Assembly: GCF_001194135.2 (NCBI RefSeq)
Contig: NC_068993.1
Span: forward strand, 20,842,570 to 20,906,569
DNA length: 64,000 bases
Source of the DNA: Octopus bimaculoides
Lineage: Eukaryota
Reading direction: 5' to 3'
A program made the translations under genes and the position numbers. Each line of letters opens with the position of its first letter. The stretch's first letter is position 1. This document shows positions 11,879 through 25,600 of this stretch, one piece after another. The notes under the pieces were generated by a model that was not told the DNA's origin, did no database searches, and worked only from the letters and a program-made list of their open reading frames with translations.

Positions 11879-14800
11879 TTCAGATGACTGTAAAAACAGA
11901 ATATTAAAATTTTAGATTAAAATCTTAGTTAAATATTGATATGATATATGCCTCACAGCATGGTTTTGGACGAGTTCTTAGTTGACTGAGTTGTGGAGTG
12001 GTGGTTCGTCTCTAAATTAGTTATATACATATATATTATATATTACGAAACCCGGTGTAATATTTCTGCTGTCCCTCTACCTCTACTTTTTTTATCTTCT
12101 CTCGCCGGTGTTCGGCCAAGCCTGACCTTTCTTTCTTGATTCGGCCGCAGTCCGTGTAACATTTATATTCCTCCCTGTGCCTGTGAAATCCTGTATCCCT
12201 ACCGTAAGACTTTACTTGCAAGCACGCCAGCTAAATTTAATTCTTTCTTAGTCGAAAGACACCTGCTGTTATATCCTGTTATTTGTATTTGTGTAACATT
12301 CNNNNNNNNNNNNNNNNNNNNNNNNNNNNNNNNNNNNNNNNNNNNNNNNNNNNNNNNNNNNNNNNNNNNNNNNNNNNNNNNNNNNNNNNNNNNNNNNNNN
12401 NNNNNNNNNNNNNNNNNNNNNNNNNNNNNNNNNNNNNNNNNNNNNNNNNNNNNNNNNNNNNNNNNNNNNNNNNNNNNNNNNNNNNNNNNNNNNNNNNNNN
12501 NNNNNNNNNNNNNNNNNNNNNNNNNNNNNNNNNNNNNNNNNNNNNNNNNNNNNNNNNNNNNNNNNNNNNNNNNNNNNNNNNNNNNNNNNNNNNNNNNNNN
12601 NNNNNNNNNNNNNNNNNNNNNNNNNNNNNNNNNNNNNNNNNNNNNNNNNNNNNNNNNNNNNNNNNNNNNNNNNNNNNNNNNNNNNNNNNNNNNNNNNNNN
12701 NNNNNNNNNNNNNNNNNNNNNNNNNNNNNNNNNNNNNNNNNNNNNNNNNNNNNNNNNNNNNNNNNNNNNNNNNNNNNNNNNNNNNNNNNNNNNNNNNNNN
12801 NNNNNNNNNNNNNNNNNNNNNNNNNNNNNNNNNNNNNNNNNNNNNNNNNNNNNNNNNNNNNNNNNNNNNNNNNNNNNNNNNNNNNNNNNNNNNNNNNNNN
12901 NNNNNNNNNNNNNNNNNNNNNNNNNNNNNNNNNNNNNNNNNNNNNNNNNNNNNNNNNNNNNNNNNNNNNNNNNNNNNNNNNNNNNNNNNNNNNNNNNNNN
13001 NNNNNNNNNNNNNNNNNNNNNNNNNNNNNNNNNNNNNNNNNNNNNNNNNNNNNNNNNNNNNNNNNNNNNNNNNNNNNNNNNNNNNNNNNNNNNNNNNNNN
13101 NNNNNNNNNNNNNNNNNNNNNNNNNNNNNNNNNNNNNNNNNNNNNNNNNNNNNNNNNNNNNNNNNNNNNNNNNNNNNNNNNNNNNNNNNNNNNNNNNNNN
13201 NNNNNNNNNNNNNNNNNNNNNNNNNNNNNNNNNNNNNNNNNNTATATAAGCACACACACACACACACACACAGAGGCACGCATTGCATAACAGTGCTCTA
13301 AACAGCGGGACCCTTGTGTGCTTTACATGTATTTAGTGGCTTCTGCAGTTTCTGAATTTAAATTTTCTGTGTCTGGGGCTTACATTTTTATTTCACCACA
13401 TTTTTTTTTTTTTTAGATTTTGCTTTGACCTAGATACTTCATAAACCTGAAGTTACTGCGACCTAGTTGTTAGTTAAGACATTTTCAAATGCAGACGTAC
13501 GTTCACTCACTCACTCGCTCACCCACTCACCCGCTCTCTCTGTCTCTCACTCACGCGCGTGTATACCCAGACAGACAGAGACTCACACACACACATACAC
13601 ACACACATATAAACTAGCAGACAGGCACACAAATTCACACAAACACACTCATATATACATATAAATCTATGTCTATATCTATCTATCTATCTATCTATAA
13701 ACATATTTATATACGTCACTAAAGTTAACAAGGGCACTAGTAAGCACCAGTGTTACTGTAAAATACTAGCTGTAGAATTGCGAATTAGCCACCCATATTA
13801 TATATATTATTTATTATCATGCGCCCGGTTTCCCGGTTTCTATGGCGTATGAATCAGATCGGAANNNNNNNNNNNNNNNNNNNNNNNNNNNNNNNNNNNN
13901 NNNNNNNNNNNNNNNNNNNNNNNNNNNNNNNNNNNNNNNNNNNNNNNNNNNNNNNNNNNNNNNNNNNNNNNNNNNNNNNNNNNNNNNNNNNNNNNNNNNN
14001 NNNNNNNNNNNNNNNNNNNNNNNNNNNNNNNNNNNNNNNNNNNNNNNNNNNNNNNNNNNNNNNNNNNNNNNNNNNNNNNNNNNNNNNNNNNNNNNNNNNN
14101 NNNNNNNNNNNNNNNNNNNNNNNNNNNNNNNNNNNNNNNNNNNNNNNNNNNNNNNNNNNNNNNNNNNNNNNNNNNNNNNNNNNNNNNNNNNNNNNNNNNN
14201 NNNNNNNNNNNNNNNNNNNNNNNNNNNNNNNNNNNNNNNNNNNNNNNNNNNNNNNNNNNNNNNNNNNNNNNNNNNNNNNNNNNNNNNNNNNNNNNNNNNN
14301 NNNNNNNNNNNNNNNNNNNNNNNNNNNNNNNNNNNNNNNNNNNNNNNNNNNNNNNNNNNNNNNNNNNNNNNNNNNNNNNNNNNNNNNNNNNNNNNNNNNN
14401 NNNNNNNNNNNNNNNNNNNNNNNNNNNNNNNNNNNNNNNNNNNNNNNNNNNNNNNNNNNNNNNNNNNNNNNNNNNNNNNNNNNNNNNNNNNNNNNNNNNN
14501 NNNNNNNNNNNNNNNNNNNNNNNNNNNNNNNNNNNNNNNNNNNNNNNNNNNNNNNNNNNNNNNNNNNNTATATATATATGCATAACTACTTACCTACATA
14601 TATGACCACTTGCATGTAGCTATTCCTCAGCTGTGTAATGTGAAGAGAAATGCTTGAACATAGATTTGTGAACACAGCTTTGTGAATAGAAATGCATGTG
14701 ACATGCAAATATCGCTTCTACATATACTAGACAAATGTATTTAATGAATCTTAGCTGTAGATCAGCCTCAAGAACAAGTTAGTTATAGTTAATTTTCTTG

Positions 14801-15381
14801 GCACCACTGCTTTAATATGTAAAACATACCTCTACACTTAGTTTGCCGATGCTGTTGAATATGCATGGAATTATTTCTTCATATTCTCTTGCCTGTAAAT
14901 TTGCGGTGTTATTACAATATATGTATTCAATCATGAATGCGCGTGTAAACATACATATGTGCACACACACACACACACAGACACTTATGCATTCGCATTT
15001 ATGTATACATTTACATGTGTGCAATGCAGCACAACTCCTAACAGACATAAAACATAGGTTGGTCATGTTCAGATCTGGTGGAGCCCATCCATCTCTAGAT
15101 CGGAACGTAGCTGATTTATTCAGCAAAAGCGGAGAAAAAAGTAGTCAGACACAAATAGAGAAAGAGAGCAAAGAGTGAGAGAGAGAGAGAGAGAAAACAA
15201 GAGGGGAGAGAGAGAAAACAAGAGGGGAGAGATAGAAAGAGACGGAGAGACGGAGAGAGGGAAAAATTATTATCTAACAGCCTTAAATGAGGACAAGTAA
15301 ATTTGACCTGGATCGTATGTGAACATATGTGTAATTACCTATCTATATATCTATCTATCTATTTCATTCTCTCTCTCTCTT

Positions 15382-15424
<43 letters not shown>

Positions 15425-16926
15425 CTCTGTATATATNNNNNNNNNNNNNNNNNNNNNNNNNNNNNNNNNNNNNNNNNNNNNNNNNNNNNNNNNNNNNNNN
15501 NNNNNNNNNNNNNNNNNNNNNNNNNNNNNNNNNNNNNNNNNNNNNNNNNNNNNNNNNNNNNNNNNNNNNNNNNNNNNNNNNNNNNNNNNNNNNNNNNNNN
15601 NNNNNNNNNNNNNNNNNNNNNNNNNNNNNNNNNNNNNNNNNNNNNNNNNNNNNNNNNNNNNNNNNNNNNNNNNNNNNNNNNNNNNNNNNNNNNNNNNNNN
15701 NNNNNNNNNNNNNNNNNNNNNNNNNNNNNNNNNNNNNNNNNNNNNNNNNNNNNNNNNNNNNNNNNNNNNNNNNNNNNNNNNNNNNNNNNNNNNNNNNNNN
15801 NNNNNNNNNNNNNNNNNNNNNNNNNNNNNNNNNNNNNNNNNNNNNNNNNNNNNNNNNNNNNNNNNNNNNNNNNNNNNNNNNNNNNNNNNNNNNNNNNNNN
15901 NNNNNNNNNNNNNNNNNNNNNNNNNNNNNNNNNNNNNNNNNNNNNNNNNNNNNNNNNNNNNNNNNNNNNNNNNNNNNNNNNNNNNNNNNNNNNNNNNNNN
16001 NNNNNNNNNNNNNNNNNNNNNNNNNNNNNNNNNNNNNNNNNNNNNNNNNNNNNNNNNNNNNNNNNNNNNNNNNNNNNNNNNNNNNNNNNNNNNNNNNNNN
16101 NNNNNNNNNNNNNNNNNNNNNNNNNNNNNNNNNNNNNNNNNNNNNNNNNNNNNNNNNNNNNNNNNNNNNNNNNNNNNNNNNNNNNNNNNNNNNNNNNNNN
16201 NNNNNNNNNNNNNNNNNNNNNNNNNNNNNNNNNGAGTAATCATTTAGCCAAAATTTACTACAAAAATTTGACTACATGAAAAATTAATTCATACACCCTT
16301 TAGCTATTTTTACAAATTTTAACATTTGTCTTAACAGAAAATAGCTAGCAAAATGCAGGGTTCAAATTTCACGTAAGTATTACAACATAATATACCTTAA
16401 AAGATTTTTTTGTACTCACCCAGAATTGACACAGAAATTATTTTAAAAGTGTTAAGCAAAAAGTTCTGGCGAATTCCTAGAGCATAAAATAATTCCATAA
16501 ATGCTTAACACAAAACACTAAATGCATAAATTAAACAGACAATCACAGCTTCCAGATTCCGATTGAACCTTCTCTCACAGAAAAAAAGACTGTCACAATG
16601 ATTTTTTAATTTGGCACAATGGCCATAACACAGAGAGGACAGCACAAGGACAGGCAAAACACCACAGTGGGGACAAGAAACACGGAACGAACGAATGAAG
16701 GTCTCCCATAAGGGTGAACCTGTTGTTGAACGTCATTGTTAAATTGCTGAATTATTAGTTACTGTTTTTTGCCAGTGAATTATATTTGTCTTCCTCCCCA
16801 TTTATGGGTGAAGTGGGATAAAAAGGAAGAATGGAGTGCGAACCAGTTGCAGCCGGCAGCTATGCTTCAGCCAGCCACTGGAAGAAGTTTGACAGCTGAC
16901 GTGTTGCTGGTGCGAGAGATAAAGAT

Positions 16927-18087
16927 GGACCAGAGGAAGTTGAAGGAGTTCAACAGACTCATAGAGAAGGATGGAACCAGTTTAAAGCTGACACCGCCAG
17001 AAAATTTAACAGCAAGCATGATGAAGCGGACAGTGGTGTATAGAACGCTGTCCACGACATCGAAAAAAAATAGAAATGGCCACGGTGGAGGGTATAGAGG
17101 AATGCCTAAAGGAGGAGGAAATACGGCACAGTGGAGGTGAGATTCACGAATGCGCAAGAAGCGGTAAACCACTCCACTGTGGTGCTACGAACATCAGAGT
17201 AGGTACTGCTGCCGACTTACTGTGACAAACGAGTGACCAGGGTAAGGATTGGCAGAGTACCTCCTGAGATTGAGGAGGCGCAGCTGGTGGCAGCCGTCCT
17301 GTATAATATGGAAGAGGACGTGAAGGTGTTGGAAGTAACGAGAACGAGGGAAATATACCGTGGGGATATGGCCTACAGATGGCACTCCAAGTCAGTTTGC
17401 CAGATTTACACAATATAGCAGAGGACGTGAAACTGTCAGAGGACGTGAAACTGGGAGTAGTGGTGGAGGGAAGATCTCCAACCTGTTACCAGTGTGGAGT
17501 AAGGGAGACACATGAAGGCAAAGTGTCCCCAGAAACACGACAAAGTTGTAGGGGAGCAGGAGCAGGAGGGTGACGAGCAGGAGCAAAATGCCGAAGTGAC
17601 ATACCCAGTATGTGAGAAGTGTCCAGAGAATGTGGAGGAGGAGTATACGGTGGTGAATAGAAAGAAGAAGAGGAAAGAAAACGTGGATTCACCGCTAAAG
17701 AGTCCACTAAATAAAAGGAAGGACAGTAAAGAAGAAGCACAACATGAGACACCAACAACATCGAAGGAAGCCGACGCAGAAAAACAAGTGGGACTACAGA
17801 AACAAACATATAAAAAAGAACCAAAACATAAATGGAATATGGTAATATATGCGAAAAGTACAGAAATAGAGAAGAAAATCACAAAAATGAAAACAGTAAT
17901 AAGAGTGAAATTAACGTCGAAATTCTACCCAGAAAGCACTAAAGCAATTGTTATTGATGATGAGAGATGTGAAAAATTACGAGAACTGTTCGGTAATAAG
18001 ATAGACCCAACGGGAGTACGCGTCGAGTTCGACGTCTTGCCAGCAGTAATAGAATATGACGACCTGTTGCTGTGCATAAAATGGTAA
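16927..18087 (+). pseudogene. L1/Tx1-type non-LTR ORF1 (gag-like, CCHC zinc knuckle), frameshifted
   Basis: VTRVRIGRVPPEIEEAQL (RRM-like start) and VVVEGRSPT-CYQCGVR/RHMKAKC (CX2CX4HX4C across a frameshift near 17503), then a charged low-complexity tail. No ORF2 follows. Confidence 0.7.
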
Positions 18088-19118
18088 ATTAAAAAAAAGT
18101 AAAATTTAAAAATTTTAAATGACAGTAAAAACAGATGCAGAAAGGAAAATAAAAACTGATTTATAAACGTTAAACGAAAATCATTTAAATGATAGTACCT
18201 GCGAGTGGGGAGCAGACACGCCATTTCCTCCTCAAGGACACCAGGTAATTAGAATATGTTTCCACGTGGTAGTGAAAACAGTCTTATAACATCAAATGGT
18301 CGAAAATCTGTTTATTGGATTTAAAAAACCAACGAAGTTAGTTAGTGGTGAGGTGGAAGCTATTCCACGTGGTTAGATAACCGGCCAGGTAGTAGGTTAC
18401 CGATAAGTTCCTTTGCCCTGCATAACTGTCCGTGGTATAACACGTAGGAAGGAAATAACAGAGAAATAATCTCACTATCTGCAAACAAATTATCATCTTG
18501 AAATTGTACATGCAGTAGTTTGGGCTAATGAAATCTTCCCATGATATCAGCAGCCGATGGTTTGGAGTCCATTAACAGAGCATGCATTTGATAATAACAA
18601 CAAAATACATAGATAAGTCTTTCATTTGGTGGATATTGCAGGCTGTTGCAGCATAAGCAGTTTGTCAGGAGGGAGAATTAGCCGCCATTCTCATGATCAC
18701 GAATTATCCAGATTAAATGGGACAAAAGGGAAACCTATCTATATTCTTAAGCCAAAAGGAGTCTATACTTTGTACAAAAAGCTTCCCTACACACACACAC
18801 ACGAGTAAATATATATATATATAGATTTATATATATATATATATAAAAGATAAGAGTGAAAACAAGTCTCTAATGTTTCGAGCCCACGGTCTTCCACAGA
18901 AAGGAACACAGAAAGAACAAGGAGAGAAAAAAATGTGTATCGTGGTTAGCGATCTATCATGGCAAATTCTCCTTATCTTGAGAATTTACCATGCAATGAA
19001 AGCCGGTTTGAAATCCCTTTGAAATCCTTGCATCCATTTATATTAAAATATGCTTTCAGTTTAGAAAAAAAAAAAAAAATTCTCAAAATACAATGTTTAT
19101 ATACCAAANNNNNNNNNN

Positions 19119-19445
19119 GACTGTGGCCATGCTGGAGAACCGTCTTTAGTCGAGAAAATCGACTCCAGGACTTATTCTTTGTAAGCCTAGTACTTATTCT
19201 ATCGGGTTCTTTTGCCAAACCGCTAAGTTACGGGGACGTAAATACACCAGCATCGGTTATCAAGCGTTGTTGGGGACAAACACATACACACTAGCATATA
19301 CACACATACATACACCCATACATATACATATATACGACGGGCTTCTTTCAGTTTCCGTCTACCAAATCCACTCACAAGGCTTTGGTCGGCCTGACGCTAT
19401 AGTAGAAAACACTTGCCCAAAGTGCCACGCAGTGGGACTGAACCC
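19119..19445 (-). mobile_element. SINE family C
   Basis: Reverse complement of the family C consensus seen in the other copies. Confidence 0.88.
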
Positions 19446-19460
19446 GAAACGATGTGGTTG

Positions 19461-19657
19461 GTATGCCGGGCGAAATGCTTAGCGGTATTTCGTCTGCCAC
19501 TACGTTCTGAGTTCAAATTCCGCCGAGGTCGACTTTGCCTTTCATCCTTTCGAGGTCGATTAAATAAGTGCCAGTTACGCACTGGGGTCGATGTAATCGA
19601 CTTAATCCGTTTGTCTGTCCCCTCTGTGTGTAGCCTCTTGTGGGCAATCAAGAAATA
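19461..19657 (+). mobile_element. Family B SINE, variant tail
   Basis: Family B body with tail AATCCGTTTGTCTGTCC...GTGGGCAATCAAGAAATA, the same variant as 41620-41811. Confidence 0.88.
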
Positions 19658-20459
19658 AGAAACGTACTGACCACACAGCCACTCCTCCGCCTATNNNNNN
19701 NNNNNNNNNNNNNNNNNNNNNNNNNNNNNNNNNNNNNNNNNNNNNNNNNNNNNNNNNNNNNNNNNNNNNNNNNNNNNNNNNNNNNNNNNNNNNNNNNNNN
19801 NNNNNNNNNNNNNNNNNNNNNNNNNNNNNNNNNNNNNNNNNNNNNNNNNNNNNNNNNNNNNNNNNNNNNNNNNNNNNNNNNNNNNNNNNNNNNNNNNNNN
19901 NNNNNNNNNNNNNNNNNNNNNNNNNNNNNNNNNNNNNNNNNNNNNNNNNNNNNNNNNNNNNNNNNNNNNNNNNNNNNNNNNNNNNNNNNNNNNNNNNNNN
20001 NNNNNNNNNNNNNNNNNNNNNNNNNNNNNNNNNNNNNNNNNNNNNNNNNNNNNNNNNNNNNNNNNNNNNNNNNNNNNNNNNNNNNNNNNNNNNNNNNNNN
20101 NNNNNNNNNNNNNNNNNNNNNNNNNNNNNNNNNNNNNNNNNNNNNNNNNNNNNNNNNNNNNNNNNNNNNNNNNNNNNNNNNNNNNNNNNNNNNNNNNNNN
20201 NNNNNNNNNNNNNNNNNNNNNNNNNNNNNNNNNNNNNNNNNNNNNNNNNNNNNNNNNNNNNNNNNNNNNNNNNNNNNNNNNNNNNNNNNNNNNNNNNNNN
20301 NNNNNNNNNNNNNNNNNNNNNNNNNNNNNNNTATATATATATATATGGCTCATTTGATACTTACCTTTAATTGATTTCACGTTGTCTTTGTAAATATTCA
20401 ACGTAACAGAGGGACAGAAATATTATATTGACGAACTAAGTGTATTTTTTAACTATTAA

Positions 20460-22475
20460 CCCATTACGCCCACTGTCCTATAGGACAGTAAATAATTTAA
20501 TTAAAAAAATTATAATATGACAAAAAATGTATTTTGAATATAAATACAAGAAAATAAAAATTCAAATTTTTTTTTTAATGTATATCAGATATATTTGTAA
20601 CACATTGAGAAACATGAGAAAATCTACTGGAAAAATGGGAGAAATAATGCGTGCTCGGTGACCTGCGAATATTAACTCGCAGCGTTAAGTTGAATCGTTG
20701 TTATGTTCATTTGACATAGAAATCCTGATCATAAAGAGTTATTTTACAATACTTAGGATATAGTTTGTTCACAAATAGAATTTTATGCATATAATATAAC
20801 TTTGAATTTTACTGTCCTATATATATGACGCTGGGTTAATGTGTACATAACTGAACTAGTCTGTGCATCTGATTCATGTTTGAGACATGTACGTAGCGAC
20901 GTGATTGGAAAACATTGACGGCGCAGACAGGTAACTATACTTTCAGCAGTGTTTCAAGTGTCACAGGGTGAAAACTGAAGACAGTGCAGATAAATATCTT
21001 ACCAAGGTAATTACTCTCACTTTATTGGAGTGTCGTGCATGAAGTATGTTTGGTGTACTCATGAAAGTATTATTCTTTACTGATTAAATCTTCTGAGACA
21101 TTTTAAATATTGTAATGATTCTTATAATTCTTTATCGCTTAATTTTTTTATCCCCAGATGTCGAAAAAATGTGAAAAAAACTTGACCATGGATGAAGTTA
21201 GGAATTTACTAGATGAACCTGTCAGACGAAGAAACTGAATTTGAATCAGTAGATGTAGTCGTTATTCCCGCTGATGTGCATTATATCACAGATGAAGATG
21301 AAGCTAATGATGATGAAACTGGTGAGGTTTTGATCAATGATGTTCCAGGACCACTTCTTGCAAAAGAACAAATTGAAAATGAAAATTTGAGGGAGATTAG
21401 CAACAGGCACAATGAGAGAAAATCGACTGAAGAAATGTTCATTAAAAGATTCAATATTGATGAAAAAGGAAAAAAGAGGATCTTATGATTACAGATTTGA
21501 TGTGACCAATGAAATACTTATAGTCAAGTGGCTTGACAATAAATGTGTGTCAATTGGTACAAACTTTGATGCAATTGAACCAACTAGTAATGTACTTCGC
21601 TGGAAGAAGCATGAAAAAAACTAGAGGTAATATTTCTCAACCTCACATTTTGATTACATATAACAATTGAATGAGAGGAGTTGGTAAACATGACTGGCTA
21701 GTGTTGAAATACGCAATTTCCATTCAAGGTAAAAAGTGGTATTGGACACTATTTACACGACTTCTTGACATGGCCGTCGTAAATGCGTGGACTATTTATA
21801 GTTTAGTTCATGATGGAAAGGGTGAAATATCAACGTTACTCGACTTTAAGAGATATATTTGTCTTACATATCTGAAAGATTAAAAAAAAAAAAAAAACTA
21901 AATGCATGACATCTGCCGTCTCTAAGCCAATAAACAGCGTGAGATATGATAGCAAAGGACATGTAATCGCAAAGCAAAAGAAGCAACATACGGACTGCCA
22001 AAGCAAACCCCTCACTTATTGTCAAAAATGCAATGTCACCCTTTGTGTGGATTGTTTAAGTCCTTATCATTAAAAATAAAAAGTACGATCGAAGTTTTGA
22101 GAGCAAATTTTCAAGAAAGGATATTTACGTTGATTTTCATAATTTCATTTACTTTTTTTTTTATCAATTATCAACAAGACATGGTATTTCTTTTCATAAA
22201 TTAGCCTAATAAGGTTTTATACATAATTTTTCATCAACATATAAGCTCACATTTAGCATCATTATGTTTATTTTTAATATATACATATTGTTCTTTAGTT
22301 ATAGATATATAGCAACAATGCCCAGTGTCCTATATATAGGACAGGCTATATATTCGTTAATAAAACGAAGGAAACGAATTTTACCTACAAATATTTTCAT
22401 TTTAGCCTATTTTAAGTATGATGTGCGAATTTGAAAGTGATTCTCTGGAAATTAGACACCCTGGGACTTAATGGG
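20460..22475 (+). mobile_element. Internally deleted piggyBac element
   Basis: TTAA at 20456-20459 and 22476-22479. Termini are CCCATTACGCCC and GGGACTTAATGGG. Remnant transposase lies inside. Confidence 0.92.
21158..22072 (+). pseudogene. piggyBac (PGBD-type) transposase remnant with most of the catalytic core deleted
   Basis: Acidic N-terminus (VIPADVHYITDEDE...DVPG), then RGSYDY...VKWLDNKCV, KKWYWTLFTRLLDMAVVNAW and a Cys-rich C-terminus (CQKCNVTLCVDC). Stops and frameshifts are present. Confidence 0.9.
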
Positions 22476-23054
22476 TTAATATGAGAGGGGAAGACTGTAC
22501 CTATAACCTCCTCACCTTTATTTAGAGCTTCTGCGTCTTATGGCAGGAAATTATTCTCAATGGGTGACCTACTACTAACGCTTGCAGTAGAATGAACGCT
22601 GTTAAATGCACCCAAGGACTAATCTGTGTTGCTGAACCGACTGACGATTATTTTACTTCTGCCCACTTAACAAATTCCAAGTTTTTGTAGTCACGAGTAA
22701 ATTAACATGATGGTGAGTGTAATAATTTCTTCTAGATCAGATATGTTAAGTTTTTGTCCGCGGTGTAGTGTGAGTTTTCGTAGTTCAGTGCGGTAGCCAA
22801 ATTGGTTTTAGCTTTCATTGAACGTATCATAACTTCGACTAAAGTAAACGCGCAGAATTAAAAATGCTGTCCTTTCCGGTCAGCACGCTTCACGCTACTC
22901 CAGTGGATATTCGTGAAATTTGTTAGGTGATGTTTTGAGTTACGTGAATTCAGTTTATTGTTTGGGTTAGAAACAAATTGATTAAGGTCTTCGTCTTAGA
23001 GAAACGTATATATGAGTATTGACTGCGTTTTTTTTGCTTCTGTCAATGTGTGGT

Positions 23055-23443
23055 GTGGAGGCGCAATGGCCCAGTGGTTAGGGCAGCAGACTCGCCGTCA
23101 TAGGATCGCGGTTTCGATTCCCAGACTGGGCGTTGTGAGTGTTTATTGAGCGAAAACACCTAAAGCTCCACGAGGCTCCGGCAGGGGATGGTGGCAAACC
23201 CTGCTGTACTCTTTCACCACAACTTTCTCTCACTCTTACTTCCTGTTTCTGTTGTGCCTGTAATTCAAGGGGTCAGCCTTGTCACACACTGTGTCACGCT
23301 GAATATCCCCGAGAACTACGTTAAGGGTACACGTGTCTGTGGAGTGCTCAGCCACTTGCACGTTAATTTCACGAGCAGGCTGTTCCGTTGATCGGATCAA
23401 CTGGAACCCTCAACGTCGTAAGCGACGGAGTGCCAACACACAG
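23055..23443 (+). mobile_element. tRNA-derived SINE family A, full length
   Basis: A box TGGCCCAGTGG, B box GGTTTCGATTCC, CAA-type tail, and 11-bp TSD CAATGTGTGGT (23044-23054, 23444-23454). Confidence 0.93.
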
Positions 23444-24200
23444 CAATGTGTGGTCCTTGGGAACCGATTATGGAAGTGTATCTGATAATGAAGTTTACTC
23501 ACTGTTTGAGTTATGAGTATATTAATTGAAGATCTTGTTACAGTTGTTGATACTACTAATTAATTAGTATAATGTTCTCTTGATTGCTTTTGTCGTTTCT
23601 GCTGGATACAGATGTTTGCGATATTCTGTTTCTGTGTTCTGTTTTCTTTGATATTTGCCAGAAGCTGATTCTAATTTCCCTGCTGCGATTTAGCCCTTAC
23701 TGCCTTGTTGGGATCTTCGTAGGGAGTTGACGTCTTGATTCAAGCTGCAGTGTTTTCATTGGAATGTCGTGTGTAATAAAGTCCTTTGTTCTATAAATGA
23801 ATTTACACACACACACAAAACACTAGACCGAAATTTAAGAGGTACAGGGTTCGATTCTCTGTAGAAGCTTGCTAAAGGAATTTTACCTGATTTTTTTAAA
23901 GCTGTCTTTACAGCTTCTCGCGTTCGAGAATTCCTTTATTTTCTGTAGAATACCGACGAAATCGGCTATACAGAGAGAGAGGGGGAGGNNNNNNNNNNNN
24001 NNNNNNNNNNNNNNNNNNNNNNNNNNNNNNNNNNNNNNNNNNNNNNNNNNNNNNNNNNNNNNNNNNNNNNNNNNNNNNNNNNNNNNNNNNNNNNNNNNNN
24101 NNNNNNNNNNNNNNNNNNNNNNNNNNNNNNNNNNNNNGGGGAGGGAGAGGGGGAGGGAGAGAGAGAGGGGAGGAGGGACAGATAGATAGATAGATAGAGT

Positions 24201-24231
<31 letters not shown>

Positions 24232-25459
24232 GGGGAGAGAGAGAAGGAGAGAGAGAGAGATACAGCCCACAGGTTTCTCATTTTGTGTTTAGATTTCGCA
24301 TAACTATTTACGTGGTTATTTGCCTAGTTAACTAATAGCAAATGTCATGCTCAAGAAAGAGTTGTTTCACCTCCTACTCTATTTACAACATTATTTTTGT
24401 GTAGATTTGTGTGTATGTGTGCACAACATTTTAAAGGTCGCAAATTCATTTCGCTATTTTCATAGCTCTCTGTGTTACTGTAAAATTAATTCAATATTCT
24501 GTGTCTTCATCAATGACTCTATCCCACGTGTCTCCTCTTGTTCTGCTTATTTCGCTTATCAAGAGGCGGCACGTGGAATAGAGAGTCGCTGATGAAGCCA
24601 CAGGATGTGTGAGGTAAGAGCTTTCACAAAGAAGTTAAACTAAAATAGTAATAATAACAATAAAGCTGAAGTACAGACCAAATATATAGTTTTAATTGGC
24701 AAAATATAAGCATCCATAAGTAAAACATAATTCAGTATCAATGAGTTTATATTCGAAAAGAAAAATTAGAATAGGTAGAAAAGCAACAGAAGGAACAAAA
24801 ATATAATTAGAGAAAGGGATGTAAAGGAATTTGGTCTATCGGAATAAGAGAAGGAAAGTGGAGAGAGTAGAAAAGGATTGGAAGAAGAGAAAACATGAAG
24901 AAGTAAAAGAATTAAGTTGGGAAGAATGAAAAAACGGCAATATTATGTTTAAGAATTCAAACTCCTTAAAAAATTAGTTCAAATTCCTTCTAAATTTCCT
25001 GTTAATTAAATTAGGCTTATGTTTGAGTAAGGATTTGACCATTGATAGCGATAAGACGCTGCAGAGAAAATACCTAAACACACAAAAGTGCTTTCATTAT
25101 TTTTTTAAAAATTATTTTCTTGTGTTTTATATATAAACGACTGTTTTTCACCTTGTATGGAATTAAAAATATTCACAAGCTTATGATTTAGATATTCTTA
25201 AACTACTTTTAACAATTAGAGTTTTCTGCTTGCCTACAATCGATCCCATGATACTGTGTAACAAAATTATTATTTTTTTTTTCGTCTTTGGTCAGTAAGT
25301 ATTATTTCCTCTTTGCTTCTATCTAGAAATCAAAGGAAATCACTACTATTTCCTTCAAACTTTGCTATTGTGGCCTGGACATCAATGTTTTGAAATTGAT
25401 CTATTTTCTATTACATTTCAGACACTTTCAGTACTGGGTTACTGAAGCAGAAATATCGT

Positions 25460-25600
25460 TATAGCAAATATTCTGCTTGACCCGAACTACTTGAGTATGT
25501 CTCTTAATGGCTGACTCTATGTGCATCTCTGATCATGAGCGTGTGTTGTGGGGGAGCATCATAGCCATGTGCTGGAAGAAATTCTTTGGGGTTTGAATAA
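25460..25600. mobile_element. Fragment of the 2863-3388 repeat family
   Basis: Collinear similarity to about 2965-3120. Confidence 0.7.

Noticed and set aside
12199-16247. Long 240-356 aa ORFs (also at 19640, 47984, 59745)
   Set aside because: They are almost entirely X residues translated from N-gaps.
24590-24625. CTGATGAAGCC as another hammerhead core (also near 43425 and 48045)
   Set aside because: There is no downstream GAAA and no pairing stem II.
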